40,811 nucleotides of DNA from an uncultured Candidatus Saccharibacteria bacterium (GTDB lineage: Bacteria; Patescibacteriota; Saccharimonadia; Saccharimonadales; CAZLTB01), in contig CAZLTB010000004.1 of assembly GCA_964562505.1 (NCBI GenBank), positions 1 to 40,811 on the forward strand, in the 5' to 3' direction. The position numbers and the translations under genes are program-made. Below, piece after piece: positions 39,462 through 40,811 of the stretch (position 1 is its first letter; each line of letters opens with the position of its first letter). The notes under the pieces are model-generated. The model was given only the letters and a program-made list of their open reading frames with translations. It searched no databases and was not told the DNA's origin.

Positions 39462-40810
39462 TCTAACACTTCGCCTGATCCAAAAATATTGCTTATGGCA
39501 TCCAGTGATTTCCCGTTAACATCCGCACTTTCTGGCTCCTCCTGCGGGGTAGATCGAACTGTTTTATCTAGAGTTGTAGTAATTGTTGGGGCTACGCCAG
39601 TTTGCTGCTCGATGATCTCGCTTAGTAGCTGGCGGTGCTTATCATCATCCAAGCGCTTTTTGTGAAATGGGAAGGCAAAATGAAGAACTAGCTCACGACC
39701 CTCAAATTCTGGTTCTGCCATACGAACAATTCCATAAAGTGTGTTGTGCTTACCCTTTAGTGCCAACAATACCTCCTGCCATGCGGTCTCGTTCAAAGTC
39801 TCTCGGCCTTTTTTAGTCGTAATTGGTTTAATGGATTTTTTCGGGCTCTGGGAATGCGTGGGCTCTGATGGACTTGGAGCCACGTATTTATCTGAATCAG
39901 GCTTAGAGACCTTTGGTTCAGGCTTTTGAACCGTTTCGTGACGCAAAGCTGATTGTAATAATATCAGCTCGAGTAATGCACTTGGGTCATGTGAGGCCGG
40001 TACGTTCAACAACTGCTGCAATAGATCGGTTATATCATTACCACTCCAATTAGCTGTTCTGTCTATTAAGAGAAAGCGTAGTTTCTCACTAAGTTGACGG
40101 GCAAGTTGAGGTCCCTGATAGCCTTGCTGGCTGAGTGTTGATAAAAGACGAACCAACTCTGTCGTTTGCCCACTTTGGGTGTAATCTAGTATTTCTGTGA
40201 TGGCTATTTCGGGCGCAATGCCCAAAACTGTCTGAACATCAGTCAAATTTACTTGGCCTGAGTGGCCGACTTGGTCGAGCAAAGAAATGCTATCGCGGAA
40301 ACTACCCCCGCTATGCTCAGCAATGAGATCCAGGGCGTCATCGGCTATTCTAATACCTTCTTTGTCAGCAATATAGCGAAGGTGTTCGACGATTTTTTTA
40401 TTATCAATTGGCCTGAAAGTAAAACGCTGCGTGCGGCTGGTAATAGTCTCAGGAACCTTATGAGCTTCAGTCGTAGCTAGGATGAATATTGCATGGTCTG
40501 GTGGCTCTTCAAGTGTTTTAAGCAGTGCATTAAAAGCTTCGCGCGTCAGCATATGTACTTCATCAATTATGTAGACCTTGTATTTGGCGCTGGTTGGGGC
40601 AGTATGAACTTTTTCTCTTAACTCACGAATTTCATCAATTCGCCTATTACTGGCAGCATCAATTTCTATAATGTCTAAATGTGTCGTTTCATCCGAATAG
40701 GTCAAGTCATTAACTTCGTGTGCAAGTATACGCGCAATACTGGTCTTGCCGCATCCTCGTGGTCCTGTCAGCAGATAGGAGTGGCTGATTGAGTCTTTTT
40801 TGAGTGCGTT
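39458..40810 (-). CDS. dnaX: DNA polymerase III subunit gamma/tau (5' end outside window)
   Basis: Frame is open to the window edge: HSYLLTGPRGCGKTSIARI, EIDAAS, IIDEVHML, LLKTLEEPP. Confidence 0.97.
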   Translation of the reverse strand, partial: NALKKDSISHSYLLTGPRGCGKTSIARILAHEVNDLTYSDETTHLDIIEIDAASNRRIDEIRELREKVHTAPTSAKYKVYIIDEVHMLTREAFNALLKTLEEPPDHAIFILATTEAHKVPETITSRTQRFTFRPIDNKKIVEHLRYIADKEGIRIADDALDLIAEHSGGSFRDSISLLDQVGHSGQVNLTDVQTVLGIAPEIAITEILDYTQSGQTTELVRLLSTLSQQGYQGPQLARQLSEKLRFLLIDRTANWSGNDITDLLQQLLNVPASHDPSALLELILLQSALRHETVQKPEPKVSKPDSDKYVAPSPSEPTHSQSPKKSIKPITTKKGRETLNETAWQEVLLALKGKHNTLYGIVRMAEPEFEGRELVLHFAFPFHKKRLDDDKHRQLLSEIIEQQTGVAPTITTTLDKTVRSTPQEEPESADVNGKSLDAISNIFGSGEVLE

Positions 40811-40811
40811 A

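Noticed and set aside
39458-40705. dnaX starting at TTG 40705
   Set aside because: The frame stays open to the window edge and includes Walker A upstream; the gene is truncated by the window and is not a pseudogene

Overview
Gene-dense chromosomal segment of a small-genome bacterium using the standard code 11. Gene content and protein style suggest Patescibacteria/CPR, most likely Saccharibacteria; this is inferred, not proven. Core genes: smpB, a complete F-type ATP synthase operon (atpI-B-E-F-H-A-G-D-C), a UvrD/AddA-like helicase-nuclease, tRNA-Gln(UUG), cysS, a DHH phosphoesterase, recR, ybaB, dnaB and dnaX (5'-truncated by the window edge). Envelope and redox genes fill the gaps. No CRISPR array, integrase or transposase is visible. 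Most interesting: (1) a 22.4-27.6 kb regulatory region with a Crp-family regulator, a stand-alone receiver, a soluble PAS kinase, a 95-aa helical protein, an 8-TM protein built from a 2x4-TM repeat, and an unannotated 50-aa gene whose promoter has a Crp box at the class II (-41.5) position. (2) A candidate ~94-nt small RNA with its own sigma70 promoter, two stacked GNRA hairpins, an exposed AGGAGGUG and a terminator. (3) A 110-bp structured element bounded by a duplicated tRNA-Gln 3' end. (4) Two unknown acidic genes inserted between atpG and atpD, with an 18-bp duplicated junction and a FliH-like glycine repeat. (5) A free-standing paralog of a PilS-like kinase membrane domain. (6) Loss of the zinc modules of both DnaX and RecR. 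(7) Frequent leaderless promoters. All family calls come from motifs read by eye; no database searches were run.
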